Under the pieces are notes generated by a model. That model was not told the origin of the DNA and ran no database searches. It saw only the letters and a list, made by a program, of their open reading frames with translations. The translations under genes were made by a program, and so were the position numbers. 64,000 bases of DNA, taken from the IMG/VR virus record IMGVR_UViG_3300045988_124082; one strand, given 5' to 3'. The stretch's first letter is position 1; each line of letters opens with the position of its first letter. The DNA is from a virus. This document shows positions 29,665 to 39,634 of this stretch, piece by piece.

Positions 29665-30519
29665 TTATTTTTTGTCAGAATTATAGTATTTGGTATATCT
29701 ATTTAACTGCATTTCATTCTTGCAAGAAGTACAATACTGTCTAAGCCGCCCTTTACGATGCTTTTTCTTTTTTGAGATGTCTCTAAAAGGTTCTCCACAA
29801 CAGGAGCATACAGAAATCTCAGGATATCCAATAAAGTGAAGATATCTGTTCCCAAGATTCTTGAAGTCTGTAATCTCAAGAGCAACATCTCCTGAATCGA
29901 CAAGAATATCTACAGAGAAGTTTAAGCTATTAACTTTCTTGCTCATTGTTATACAATCGCTTCTGAACAGCCTGCCGATTATTTGGCATCTACGTTCTCT
30001 TGTACCTACTGTATTACCCAATGAGAATAAATCTTTGTAGTCTGTATTCACCCAATTATTGTTTTGAGGATTCAGAGCATTATAATACTTGGCCAAGCAA
30101 AGAGCAGTGAAGAGAATCTTTTGATCTCTAAGATTCTCTAACCCATTTATGGTTTCCATTTCAGACTCATAGATCGGCAGTGAATCAATTTCCACGAGAG
30201 GATACTTTTTAGCTTTGTGAATGATCTCATCAATGCATGAATACCATTTAGCTTCTCTGTAGCTCTCACAGGACTCTTTTAAGAACTCATTGATAATTTT
30301 ATATACCTGTGCAGGTTCTAAGTCTTTCTCATGGATGTAATACTTTGCAAGCAGGGTAGCAGTATATGGTATACTGCCTTCCAGCTCTTTTGTTTCTAAA
30401 ATTTTTTCTACCAGTGTTTTTTCATTCAGTACGATATTAATAACAATCAGCCTCCTCAAACATAGATGATTCAATTTGTTTAATAGTTTCAATGACGAAA
30501 GAATCTCCGTCATATTCAA
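29665..30519 (-). CDS. hypothetical protein with C-terminal Cys4 zinc finger
   Basis: 284-aa ORF with CSCCGEPF..CTSCKNE. The start overlaps the upstream RNAP-like gene by about 80 nt, and there is no alternative in-frame start nearby. Confidence 0.5.
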   Translation of the reverse strand: MNMTEILSSLKLLNKLNHLCLRRLIVINIVLNEKTLVEKILETKELEGSIPYTATLLAKYYIHEKDLEPAQVYKIINEFLKESCESYREAKWYSCIDEIIHKAKKYPLVEIDSLPIYESEMETINGLENLRDQKILFTALCLAKYYNALNPQNNNWVNTDYKDLFSLGNTVGTRERRCQIIGRLFRSDCITMSKKVNSLNFSVDILVDSGDVALEITDFKNLGNRYLHFIGYPEISVCSCCGEPFRDISKKKKHRKGRLRQYCTSCKNEMQLNRYTKYYNSDKK

Positions 30520-33229
30520 AATCTCCTGATTCAGCTCTTACAGGATAAGAGATCTGGTGATAGTTTCTCTCTAAGAGTCTTTGGACAAGGATGTCTCCAA
30601 ACATGTCCCATACAAACTGCTTACTCTTGCCATTGGTATAGCAGAGGTCAAGAAGAATGTCACAAGCTTTCTCAGGATCAGGAACAGCAGTGGCAACAGC
30701 TTCTCTAAACAACATGACTCGGTTATTGATGATGTCTGTTACATTTAGTCCAAAGCCACTCCGGCCATTGATTAGAGCATTCAGGGTTTTCATTTTCTTT
30801 GAATATTCGCTGTATAACTTCTTAAGAGCATAATAATCATTCTTGTTGTACTCATGATCTCTTTTGAGAATGGAGTAATCAAAATCTGTTTGTGTATTCA
30901 ACTTTTTTAAGTAACCATCAAACTCGTCCTCAAACAGCTTACAGATTCGATTCATTACACAAGGCCCTGTACCTACAGGCAAAAACTTATAGTAGTGATC
31001 TAAGAATTCCGCTTCGTCCTCTGTGATAGGTTCTGTATCAGCTTTCTTGAGTAATTCATCAATTGTGCACCCAAACCAGATAATACATTTGTCATTTGAA
31101 GCTTTCACATAATTTGTATAATCCTTTCTCAGATGAGAGTAGATGTAGATCATGAAGTATGGCTTCTTGTCAGCTACGATTCTCTGATTAAATTTTTTTC
31201 GCTTACGATCCTTTGGTGAGTCTTCAGGATGGATGTTATTTTCCTTGCGATTGTACCAGTAAGATGGCATTGGTTTAGAAACTATCCCTTTAAGTTTATC
31301 AATCGAATTTTGTTGGTATAGCTGGCCACAAATGATTCTGTAATCTAGTTCTTTAAATTCATTGCTATCAGGTGAGTAATGAGATTGAACTTCGAACTGA
31401 GAGGTAATGATGTTAGTAGTAAACCCAATCTCATCTCCAAAAGCATCTTTGTAAGATTTTAACATGTCCTTTCTTTTTGGGATTATCTTATTAGCTTTAC
31501 GCTGTACACAAACAATGGCAGGCAGTGGACGGTTGTTCTCAACAAGGATTTTATTGCTAGTGGTGAAGAAAAGGTCGCCATCGTGATCGGCGCCATTCAA
31601 TGATTCACATGTATTATCCCAATTGTTGATCACACAAATGGATGGGAGATACTGGAACCAGTATGAAAGCTGCTCATTGTTCTTCACTTTAAGATTGACG
31701 ATATTGTAATGGCTTGTCATTGGAGCTCTGAAGCAAGCTACTTCATCAACCTGTCTATCGATCCAATGCTTGTGATACATTTCTCCTGCTTTAAGCAATC
31801 CTGTAACTTCAAGTCCAAACATGGATTGCATGAGAGCATATGGATCACCAGCAACGATTGAATAATTACCTTTCACTTTAATGCGTCCGATCTTAGCATC
31901 TTGGATTCGTTTCTTGATGAGAGAATGAATCTTAGATCGAATGAAAGGATCTTTGATCATCTCAGGTTCCGCTATGAGTGCCTGAATGTATGTAAAAGCA
32001 TCTGACTGTAAGATGTTCTTCTCAGTCATATTCTTACCTCGTAGGAAGAGCAGAGTCTTTCTGTAATCCATTCCAAGAATGTCTTTGATCTCTTTTATGG
32101 TTGGCTCACAAAGCTCTCTTATTTGGTCGTCTGTAAGATAATAGCTTTGTAAGAACTGATAGTTAAGATTCCTTTCAGTATCACATTCTTGTTCGGCTGT
32201 CTTGGCAAGAGCAAAGTGATAATCATACTTCTCAATGTTCTCTAAGTAGTCTTCCATAGACTCATATGCATCCCATAGCTTAAACATAGATGTTGTAAGT
32301 ATCACCTGAGCGTCTCTAACGTCCCTAGGATGGCCCCAAGCATCAATAATGGTATAAGTCTTAGCTACGTCCTCTGCAAAGGCTCTAAAGTCCATACAGT
32401 GAAGCATACCTTTACAGAATGGCCATCCTCTCATGTTGCCAGATGGAAGAGGAGTATCATAATCTCCATTCAGTTCACCGTTCCATTGTCTTGCAAGTTC
32501 TGGAAGAACTAATCCTTCTCCATCAGATCCGTTGTGTACAAACTCTTGATCATCAAGAAGAGTTACTTCTGGCTCATCTGAGTTTGTATCATCCACATAA
32601 AGAGCTTGTCCCTTAAAGATCGTCTCACAGTCTTGTACAACAATCACTCCTGATGGTGTAGTAACAACTGTAGAAGAAGAGCAGAAGAGTGCTTTGTACG
32701 CTCCGAGCTTGTTTGGTATGATCGGAACTTCTTTATTTCTTCCGGCATCTACTTTCTCACAGAGAGCATCGTATACATTGTCACTGACAAAGATCACGAC
32801 ACTATTCTTTAAACCTCCTGTGGTTCCTAAGAAGAGATTGTAGTGAAGATCGTTTACAATGAATCCATGCTTGCTGCAGTAGTCATAATCTTTCTTTGTG
32901 TCGAAGACCACTGTGAGGTAGTCTGTTTGGAATCGACATTTGTACAGATCATTGTAGAGTAGTGAGATAAGTTCTTTGCTTCCTCTGTTGGCTGAAAGCT
33001 CTTTGATCTTCTTTCGGATTCTTTTTGCTCTTATGTCTGAATCATAGTCATGGATCAATGAGTCAATTGTTCTTAATGCTTCAGAACTTGAAAGAGTAAT
33101 AATGTCGTCTCCATTCTCCCTCGCTTCATTGAGTGGTAGAGAAAGTTTCCACTTCGCCTTTCTTAATCGGCTGCTGTGTAGTTTGTAAATATATTTCTGA
33201 CTCGTTTTTTGCTTAGAAATAATGATCAC
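30437..33229 (-). CDS. single-subunit two-barrel RNA polymerase candidate (YonO / RdRP-like, DxDGD motif)
   Basis: 930 aa. NGADHDGDLFFTTSN matches the G(S/A)DxDGDx(Y/F) catalytic signature of YonO and QDE-1-type polymerases. No other polymerase motif was recognised by eye. Confidence 0.5.
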   Translation of the reverse strand: MIIISKQKTSQKYIYKLHSSRLRKAKWKLSLPLNEARENGDDIITLSSSEALRTIDSLIHDYDSDIRAKRIRKKIKELSANRGSKELISLLYNDLYKCRFQTDYLTVVFDTKKDYDYCSKHGFIVNDLHYNLFLGTTGGLKNSVVIFVSDNVYDALCEKVDAGRNKEVPIIPNKLGAYKALFCSSSTVVTTPSGVIVVQDCETIFKGQALYVDDTNSDEPEVTLLDDQEFVHNGSDGEGLVLPELARQWNGELNGDYDTPLPSGNMRGWPFCKGMLHCMDFRAFAEDVAKTYTIIDAWGHPRDVRDAQVILTTSMFKLWDAYESMEDYLENIEKYDYHFALAKTAEQECDTERNLNYQFLQSYYLTDDQIRELCEPTIKEIKDILGMDYRKTLLFLRGKNMTEKNILQSDAFTYIQALIAEPEMIKDPFIRSKIHSLIKKRIQDAKIGRIKVKGNYSIVAGDPYALMQSMFGLEVTGLLKAGEMYHKHWIDRQVDEVACFRAPMTSHYNIVNLKVKNNEQLSYWFQYLPSICVINNWDNTCESLNGADHDGDLFFTTSNKILVENNRPLPAIVCVQRKANKIIPKRKDMLKSYKDAFGDEIGFTTNIITSQFEVQSHYSPDSNEFKELDYRIICGQLYQQNSIDKLKGIVSKPMPSYWYNRKENNIHPEDSPKDRKRKKFNQRIVADKKPYFMIYIYSHLRKDYTNYVKASNDKCIIWFGCTIDELLKKADTEPITEDEAEFLDHYYKFLPVGTGPCVMNRICKLFEDEFDGYLKKLNTQTDFDYSILKRDHEYNKNDYYALKKLYSEYSKKMKTLNALINGRSGFGLNVTDIINNRVMLFREAVATAVPDPEKACDILLDLCYTNGKSKQFVWDMFGDILVQRLLERNYHQISYPVRAESGDFEYDGDSFVIETIKQIESSMFEEADCY

Positions 33230-33335
33230 TCCTTTTTTGATTTTTTATGTGTTGAGTGGAGAGAAGTTTTTGTAATTTTTAGCCTCTCCAAAACTTAATC
33301 TCTTAGTATAAAAATTTCGGCGTCCATAATTTAAG

Positions 33336-33374
33336 TAATATTCTTAATGTTACTACGTAACATTAAAAATATTA
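33336..33374. promoter_or_regulatory. 39-bp imperfect palindrome upstream of RNAP-like gene
   Basis: TAATATTcttAATGTTACtacGTAACATTaaaAATATTA, about 110 nt upstream of the 33229 start. Confidence 0.35.
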
Positions 33375-33472
33375 TTAAATCATTTATTTATTTTATAAAA
33401 CACTATTATTAAATAATATTTAATATTACTGTACCGCCCGATTTCGAAGACGGCATCGTAAGAATAGCGTAT

Positions 33473-34615
33473 TTATGCTGTTTGATACATAACAGAGGGT
33501 CTAAAACCTCTCCCAAAAAGAGGACTGATTTTACCATGTTTTTGAAGAAAAATGATAACTTTTCGAACATCTGTTTTGTACCGAACATGTTTCTTCTCAT
33601 AATACTCATGAATAAAATTCATTGATACATCACTTAACTCTTCTTCAGTCATATTAAGTCCATCGAGAAGTGGTTTACGAACCTTGTTCATATACTTTAT
33701 GGTGTAATTATTTATCAAATCATCTTTTCTACGCTGCGCAACTTTAATATACTTGTCAGTTAAATTATTCTGAACTCTTTTTTGATACATATAAAATTCA
33801 TACTCTCTTAGGTAGCTATGCTCTTGTGGGTAGAGATACTCTAAGTCGTATACAAACTTAAAGTATAAGTCTTGAAATTCAGGATATTTTTTTATCTCGT
33901 GCTTGAACTTAGAGAATACATTTGTATACATATGAGTTGAATATATGTCAACGTCAACATTCGTATGATATACAACACCTAAACAGTGTTTGTAGATTTC
34001 TTCTTCTCGAGGTGTGAATGGTCGCCATTCAGCTCCAGGATGATTTCTACAAATGATTTTCACATGTTTCTTAACTACACCTCTTTCTTGAAGAGATACA
34101 ATTGCATTCCTAAATCTTCCTTGAGCGCAATCTTTAATTGCTTCATATGCCGTATGGAAATATTCGACAGGGTATTTAAAATCGCTTAGGTCATAATCTT
34201 TTTTGTTTCCACAGATAAGTCCAAGTTTATTACACCAGTCATATTGGCTCCAGTTGTCATTAATATGATTGTCCAGAATATAGATGATCATCATTTCTAA
34301 CATGTATCCAGTACTCATGAAAGGACTTTTTAATTCCCATGAGAAGGGATTCTCAACATATTCTCCTCTTGCTTTTGTCACTTTAACTTGTCCATCTTTT
34401 TGTTTTTTTACATTTACGAAATGACTTAAATTAGCTTTATGGACTGCATAGTGACTCTTTCTGCCTTCCTTGTCGATTCCAACTAATTGAAGAATGTCAG
34501 AGTATTTGCTGTACTTGTGTCCTTCTTTCAGATTGGATAAATCGAAAAGATGTTGTCTCTCTTTCATGAACCAGAACTGTTCGTTTAGATATTCGTTTCT
34601 TTCTTGTAATGTCAT
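33473..34615 (-). CDS. hypothetical protein, first gene of the minus-strand arm
   Basis: Start moved to MTLQERNEY behind AAGGAGGTCAAAAAA. 380 aa, with no recognisable motif. Confidence 0.6.
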   Translation of the reverse strand: MTLQERNEYLNEQFWFMKERQHLFDLSNLKEGHKYSKYSDILQLVGIDKEGRKSHYAVHKANLSHFVNVKKQKDGQVKVTKARGEYVENPFSWELKSPFMSTGYMLEMMIIYILDNHINDNWSQYDWCNKLGLICGNKKDYDLSDFKYPVEYFHTAYEAIKDCAQGRFRNAIVSLQERGVVKKHVKIICRNHPGAEWRPFTPREEEIYKHCLGVVYHTNVDVDIYSTHMYTNVFSKFKHEIKKYPEFQDLYFKFVYDLEYLYPQEHSYLREYEFYMYQKRVQNNLTDKYIKVAQRRKDDLINNYTIKYMNKVRKPLLDGLNMTEEELSDVSMNFIHEYYEKKHVRYKTDVRKVIIFLQKHGKISPLFGRGFRPSVMYQTA

Positions 34616-35163
34616 TTTTTTGACCTCCTTTTCGTTGTTTGTTGTTGTTAATTTAATGAAAAAATGCATTTGTCTGAGTAATGACACTTTTCTTTCGATG
34701 AATTCACATTACCACAGATGTATGACAAAATCAATAGTTTTTTGAAGAAAAAAATAAAATTGTGAGAGTAATGACACTTTTTATTTCATTTAAGTACGTT
34801 TAAGGAGGCTTAGACTGGGATTTTTATGTCAAGTGTTTTTTGAAAATTTCTTAAAATGGTGCTTTCTTTGGCTGTTTTACTGGGGTTGTTCTGGATTTTT
34901 CTTTGATTTGTTGTACTTAGATGGGTAGGAATATGGCCGTTTTATGCGATTGTACAAAAATAAAATAAATTAATTTTTTATATGCTAAAGTATTGACTTT
35001 TGAAAAATCAAGTGTTTTTTGAAAGAAATTTAAAAAAATTTTTACCATGTGGAATTCTCAGAGAAGGGGTTTGCATTTATATAAGAAGAGCTTGGTTTTT
35101 GAAAAAATTTCAGAGAGATGGGTTTGCGGCAGAACAGGTGTTCTATATTTTAGAGTGTGCTGA

Positions 35164-35282
35164 GGGGTGTGTTTCTGGGGAAAGTTTTTATGAGGGGGGA
35201 GGAGTGTATGTGGGGTGTTTGGAAAGAAATATGGGGGATGTTTTTAGGGGGTTTTGAGGGGTTAAATGGCGTAGATGTGGGG
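35164..35282 (+). repeat. G-tract island: eight runs of 4-6 G in 119 nt, almost C-free
   Basis: G runs at 35164, 35177, 35194, 35212, 35233, 35247, 35258 and 35279. The surrounding genome is AT-rich. Confidence 0.7.
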
Positions 35283-35759
35283 TGGAGAAACGTCTGGCTG
35301 AACTTGTGGTATAGAATTACCAGCTATACAAATATCAGCAAAACTGCGATTTAAAAATAGTTTTAAGTAGCCCCATAAACACTTGTAAAAGTCCGTAAAT
35401 AACTATTTACTTGCGTTTTTGATCAGAAATAGATAGTCAAAAAAGCACGTATTTATGCGGGTTTGAGACCGTTTGAAAAGATTTTTAAAAATAATTTTTT
35501 TAGGGTATTGCAATATTTTCGTGGGCGTGGTCTTATACAGTTGTTCAAACGAACAGGGAACTTGATAAAGCAACAACCGGCAAGGGTTGTAAAACGTGCT
35601 TGCCAATGATTCAACATAAAAAGGGGGTAGCCCTACCCCTGTATAAAAATCGGGCGTGTACCTTGATAATTTCATAGCCTAAGGACTCTCGTTTTTCGGG
35701 AAGTCCGTTACTGTTCGACAAGTCTCCGAACAGGTTCAAAAAATCAGTTTCTTTGGAAA

Positions 35760-36390
35760 CTGAACGACAGGCTAAAACTCTGCCCTGTTACTCATTCGTG
35801 ACAGGCAGACAAGTAAACCTTTGACTTATTGCCTGTACCCAACGTCACACGAACGTGGTACAGGATTTATAAGAAGTCGTTGCAAGTCCAAAGAAGTGTA
35901 GCAGATTTTTTGAATCGGTTCGCAAAAATACAGGTAGTGACAGCCTGTAGACAAACTACCGAACGGTTGAAAGGTTTCCTAAGCGATATATTTTATATTG
36001 CTTAGTATAGTCGATATGACAGGGTGTCAAACATTGACGGTTGACCCGAAACACGTCCATATACTATAAGTCCCTGTGGGGGTGGGGTCCTGTCTTTCAA
36101 GTGTTTGAAAAGCGTTGTTGTTGACACTATAACAGAGTACCGCCCACGGTAGAAAGTTCTAACAGGCACGACAACGGCTCTCATTCGAGCTGGGTATATT
36201 GTGCATTGAATACTACTACTTATCTAGTTCAACGGTAGGAGACTAGACTCTGTGAAATAATAGGCTATGACAGGTGCAACCCCTGTATAGTATCGAGTGA
36301 GTGCATGAACACTTGCGAGCGGTCAAAAGTCCCTTTAGGGATAATATTAGAACTCTGTGAGTTCATTAGAATACATCTAACAGGTGTGGT
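35760..36390. repeat. cluster of at least six hairpins closed by ACAGG/CCTGT
   Basis: ACAGG 35767 / CCTGT 35784; ACAGGCA 35801 / TGCCTGT 35830; CCTGTACC 35832 / GGTACAGG 35867; 35930/35944; ACAGGG 36019 / CCCTGT 36072; 36270/36282. Loop lengths differ. Confidence 0.6.
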
Positions 36391-36467
36391 CTAATGAGTT
36401 CATAGGAACTCAATGCAACAAATACATATTTTTTAGGGTACGACTGTATCCGGAATAGGAGTTTATC

Positions 36468-37445
36468 ATGAGTAGAAAATCAACAAAAACAACAACAGTA
36501 GCAAACATTACACTACCAGTCCGTAAAATGGACTTCACAGAAGCAACTAAAGAATTCCGTACTCTTTGTCGCAATTTCTATACAGATTTTGAGAAAGTCG
36601 CAGAGAACAGGGAAGCTCTACGAGCAGAGAAAACAGAGTGTGAAGAACACTTTGACACTCGAGTAAACAATGCTTTTGACGTATCCGAACCTGTGGATAC
36701 AGACAAAGAATTACCAACGGAGTATGCAGACCTTAGGAATATTCTAGAAAAATATTCCGTAATACAGGCTACAGGTCTGCTTTCTAAGGAAGATAATGAC
36801 TATCTTTCTGCACTTTGCGATAAGTGGAAAAAAGCTGACGCAAAGATTAGAAACTTAAAAAATCCAGTGCCTGAGAAGTCTCTAGTTGTAGATGCAATCT
36901 ATGACCTATACAAGGGATGCTCTACAGATATGAGTGAAAACCGTGACGGCTACGCTCGTAAAGTCAAGGGGTTCTTTGAATCTAAAGGCATGACACTAAC
37001 TTCTTATGGTTGGGATGTGTTCAATGCTTCCATTGGGTTCAATGTGAATAATGACAAAAACTTCTTAGAGACAGGTAAGTTCTTCAACCCTATTAAAAAG
37101 AGCAAGTTTGTAGAAAGATTCTATATGTTCTTCTGTGAGGGGTTTGTAAGTGCAGATTGCTTCCCTAAGACTAAGAAAGCACGTCATGTAGATGCAGAAG
37201 AACAGGCACCAGTGGCACCTCAGAAAGTTGAAACACCTGAGGAAGTACATGAAAAGTGTGCAGACGCTCGTGCTGAAATCTCAGCTCAGAAACTGGGTAC
37301 AACTGAGTCCAAACCAATGGACAAAATGACAGTGGCAGAGTTACGTACTTTCATTAAGAAACATGATACAACTGCCAAAGTATCTAAGTTGAAAAAAGCT
37401 GACTTAGTAGCTATGGCTACAAAGTTCACAAATGTAGCAGCTTAA
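36468..37445 (+). CDS. hypothetical protein with C-terminal HeH/SAP (Rho-N-like) motif
   Basis: 325 aa. C-terminal MTVAELRTFIKKHDTTAKVSKLKKADLVAMA. First gene of the plus-strand arm. Confidence 0.5.
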   Translation: MSRKSTKTTTVANITLPVRKMDFTEATKEFRTLCRNFYTDFEKVAENREALRAEKTECEEHFDTRVNNAFDVSEPVDTDKELPTEYADLRNILEKYSVIQATGLLSKEDNDYLSALCDKWKKADAKIRNLKNPVPEKSLVVDAIYDLYKGCSTDMSENRDGYARKVKGFFESKGMTLTSYGWDVFNASIGFNVNNDKNFLETGKFFNPIKKSKFVERFYMFFCEGFVSADCFPKTKKARHVDAEEQAPVAPQKVETPEEVHEKCADARAEISAQKLGTTESKPMDKMTVAELRTFIKKHDTTAKVSKLKKADLVAMATKFTNVAA

Positions 37446-37484
37446 TCTTACACAAATAAATACCCATAGTGGGTATTTGTATAA

Positions 37485-37555
37485 GCCTGAGTGGGTACTC
37501 ACTTCCAACACCTCCAGAGTGAGTACGTCACAGGGTTCAACTCCCTGTACAGGCT
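37485..37555 (+). ncRNA. tRNA-like three-arm element (acceptor, canonical T arm, one 8-bp arm; no D arm)
   Basis: GCCTGAG/TACAGGC acceptor (one mismatch), CAGGG-TTCAACT-CCCTG T arm with a canonical T loop, GTACTCAC..GTGAGTAC stem with a 16-nt loop. Not a standard cloverleaf. Confidence 0.3.
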
Positions 37556-37607
37556 ATAACTATCAATTTTTGAATTCCTAGTGACTGCTAGGAGAAAGGG
37601 GTATACC

Positions 37608-37904
37608 ATGATGTATACAAACAATTCAACAAATGACACGATGCACGAAAACTACGTCAACAGCTTACAGGCAGACATTGACAAGCTCAAAGTAACTCTG
37701 TCAACAACAACAGACCCAGATAAGAAATCTTGGTGTGAAGATTATATCAAAGCACTAGAAGAAGAGAAACAGGAATGTAAATACGAAACCTGTGCACTCT
37801 GTGGTGGAATCTGTGACCGTTGTTACTACACAGAAGCCTGTGAACGCTACAACGGAACAGGAACGGAAACACCTGTAGTCCGTAATGGGTTAGTAATTGG
37901 ATAA
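37608..37904 (+). CDS. Cys-rich hypothetical protein
   Basis: Start at ATG behind AGGAGAAAGGGG. Contains CALCGGICDRCYYTEAC. Confidence 0.5.
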   Translation: MMYTNNSTNDTMHENYVNSLQADIDKLKVTLSTTTDPDKKSWCEDYIKALEEEKQECKYETCALCGGICDRCYYTEACERYNGTGTETPVVRNGLVIG

Positions 37905-37916
37905 GGGGGTATAACC

Positions 37917-38234
37917 ATGAGGGATATAACCATGAGTAAGAAAATTAAAGTAGCTGTCTGCAAAGGCAGACACGAAATCCCACAGGCTACAGATGGGGCA
38001 ATCTTTGGAAACACAATAAAGGAAATGGATCCATTTAGCCTGTTATTAGAAGCATCAAAGAGATTGTTCTCTGACTTTGCTTTACGTAGTGGAGATAGAG
38101 TAGACCTGTATGTAACAGGTCTAACAATGGCGACTCTAGCCATAGTAAATGCTTGTCTTTCGACAGGCATAAGGATTGTATGCTATCACTATGATAGAGA
38201 AACAGGGAAATATATCCCACAGCCTATGCTGTAA
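37917..38234 (+). CDS. hypothetical protein
   Basis: 105-aa ORF with RBS GGGGG. Confidence 0.5.
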   Translation: MRDITMSKKIKVAVCKGRHEIPQATDGAIFGNTIKEMDPFSLLLEASKRLFSDFALRSGDRVDLYVTGLTMATLAIVNACLSTGIRIVCYHYDRETGKYIPQPML

Positions 38235-38318
38235 GACAAACTAAAACAGAAACCAAAAAAGCACGGAGAATAAAATAATTCCGTGCTTTTTTCTATGTCT
38301 AAAGAAAGGAAATGAAAC

Positions 38319-38600
38319 ATGAATTTAAAAAGTACAATTTTATTAATTATTGGGGTCGTTATGATGATATGGGGGACGTTGGCAACAATGCAGAATATTA
38401 CTGACGCTCTCAGCACACGCACCACAATAGGCACATACAACAACGGAACCATCACGACCAAAGATGGAAACGTATGGAAAGTGTCTAATCACAACGGAAT
38501 CAGCACAAACAAATCTGTCAAAGTATCTGTCAAGTTTGATACAAAAGGAACTGACAGCGTACTTGATGACGAAATTGTAGAAATCACAGAAGCCAACTAA
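38319..38600 (+). CDS. small membrane-anchored protein
   Basis: N-terminal transmembrane helix STILLIIGVVMMIWGTLATM. Confidence 0.5.
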   Translation: MNLKSTILLIIGVVMMIWGTLATMQNITDALSTRTTIGTYNNGTITTKDGNVWKVSNHNGISTNKSVKVSVKFDTKGTDSVLDDEIVEITEAN

Positions 38601-38617
38601 GAAAGGAAATAGGAATC

Positions 38618-39115
38618 ATGATAAAAATAACTGAAAATCTAGACAAGGCAAAGTTTGAAATGTTAAAAGCACACGTTGTAAATGTACTTTCAGCCCCAGA
38701 AAAATGGGTAGCAACAAAAGACCGGTCTAGAATGGTTACACACTGGGGTCGCAAGTGGGAGTTTGAATGTGAGTCAGATACAGAATGTTTTACAACGGAA
38801 AGTATCTTTGATGCTGTAGATTGGCTGTACGCAGAGCAAGACCCATACAAGGAAGAAAGCAAACCAGAACTAGAAGTGAAATTCTCAGCAGAAGTGAGTG
38901 TACAGGTTACAGATGAGTACATTGAGAAAGCGAAAAGAGGAGCCAAAAGAGAAATCTTGGAACATTTACAGGCTCATTTAGATGTAATGGCACAGCAGTC
39001 TTGGGAGCTTTACATAGACGAAGGTGTAGAACAAGGGAATGATATGCACTTAGGAGAGCAGAGAGCCTTTGCAATGACGCTCGCACAGGTAAACACAATT
39101 CTTAAAAACTTATAG
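38618..39115 (+). CDS. hypothetical protein
   Basis: 165-aa ORF with RBS AAAGGAAATAGGA. Confidence 0.5.
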   Translation: MIKITENLDKAKFEMLKAHVVNVLSAPEKWVATKDRSRMVTHWGRKWEFECESDTECFTTESIFDAVDWLYAEQDPYKEESKPELEVKFSAEVSVQVTDEYIEKAKRGAKREILEHLQAHLDVMAQQSWELYIDEGVEQGNDMHLGEQRAFAMTLAQVNTILKNL

Positions 39116-39132
39116 GAAAGGAAACTAAAACC

Positions 39133-39564
39133 ATGAGAACAAAAAGAGAATTAATGACAGAAATCTTAGAAACAGCTGTAATCGAATCTGTAAAATCAGA
39201 TTGTGAAGTTGTCCATTACGATGTAGAAGTACACGGGGAGATGCACAGATTACAAGTAATTACAGGTCAATTTTTTGTTGAGTTTCATCATCTGGAAGAT
39301 GGAGAATATAACTACAATTGTCCACACTTAGTCTATACTTTCGATCCATGGGAAATCGAAGAAGCGTTGGATACTTTCTTTATGATGGATGGAGAAACAG
39401 GAGAACTTCATGTTGACGAAAGCAAAATCGAACTTGGTATTGACTCTGATTTTACACCAGAAGCGAAACCAGAAATCACACGAGAAAATATTGAGGAAGC
39501 CTATAGTCATGCAACACAGTTAGCTTTCTTGCTTAAGGAAATTTACTTCGGAAACACTAATTAA
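39133..39564 (+). CDS. hypothetical acidic protein
   Basis: 143-aa ORF with RBS AGGAAAGGAAA. Confidence 0.5.
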   Translation: MRTKRELMTEILETAVIESVKSDCEVVHYDVEVHGEMHRLQVITGQFFVEFHHLEDGEYNYNCPHLVYTFDPWEIEEALDTFFMMDGETGELHVDESKIELGIDSDFTPEAKPEITRENIEEAYSHATQLAFLLKEIYFGNTN

Positions 39565-39634
39565 TCAATACATAGAGGGGTAGTGATTTGATATATATCT
39601 AGTACAAATTATATATATTTGTAGCTAGAAAATC

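Larger units (their letters stand above)
34616..36467. promoter_or_regulatory. 1.85-kb gene-free divergent control region (origin and/or early promoter candidate)
   Basis: No credible ORF. Direct repeats GAGTAATGACACTTTT (34676, 34766) and TCAAGTGTTTTTTGAAA (34829, 35008). Contains a G-tract island and a hairpin cluster. Genes diverge on both sides. Confidence 0.5.

Noticed and set aside
33230-33472. A terminator for the 33473 gene at CCGCCCGATTTCGAAGACGG.
   Set aside because: The stem is only 3-4 bp on each side of a TTCGAA palindrome and is not followed by a T run on the minus strand. This is too weak to call.
35000-35354. Two overlapping plus-strand ORFs in the G-tract island.
   Set aside because: Gly/Val/Trp/Phe-biased translation is dictated by the G/T-only composition. 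There is no RBS, and the frames overlap each other.
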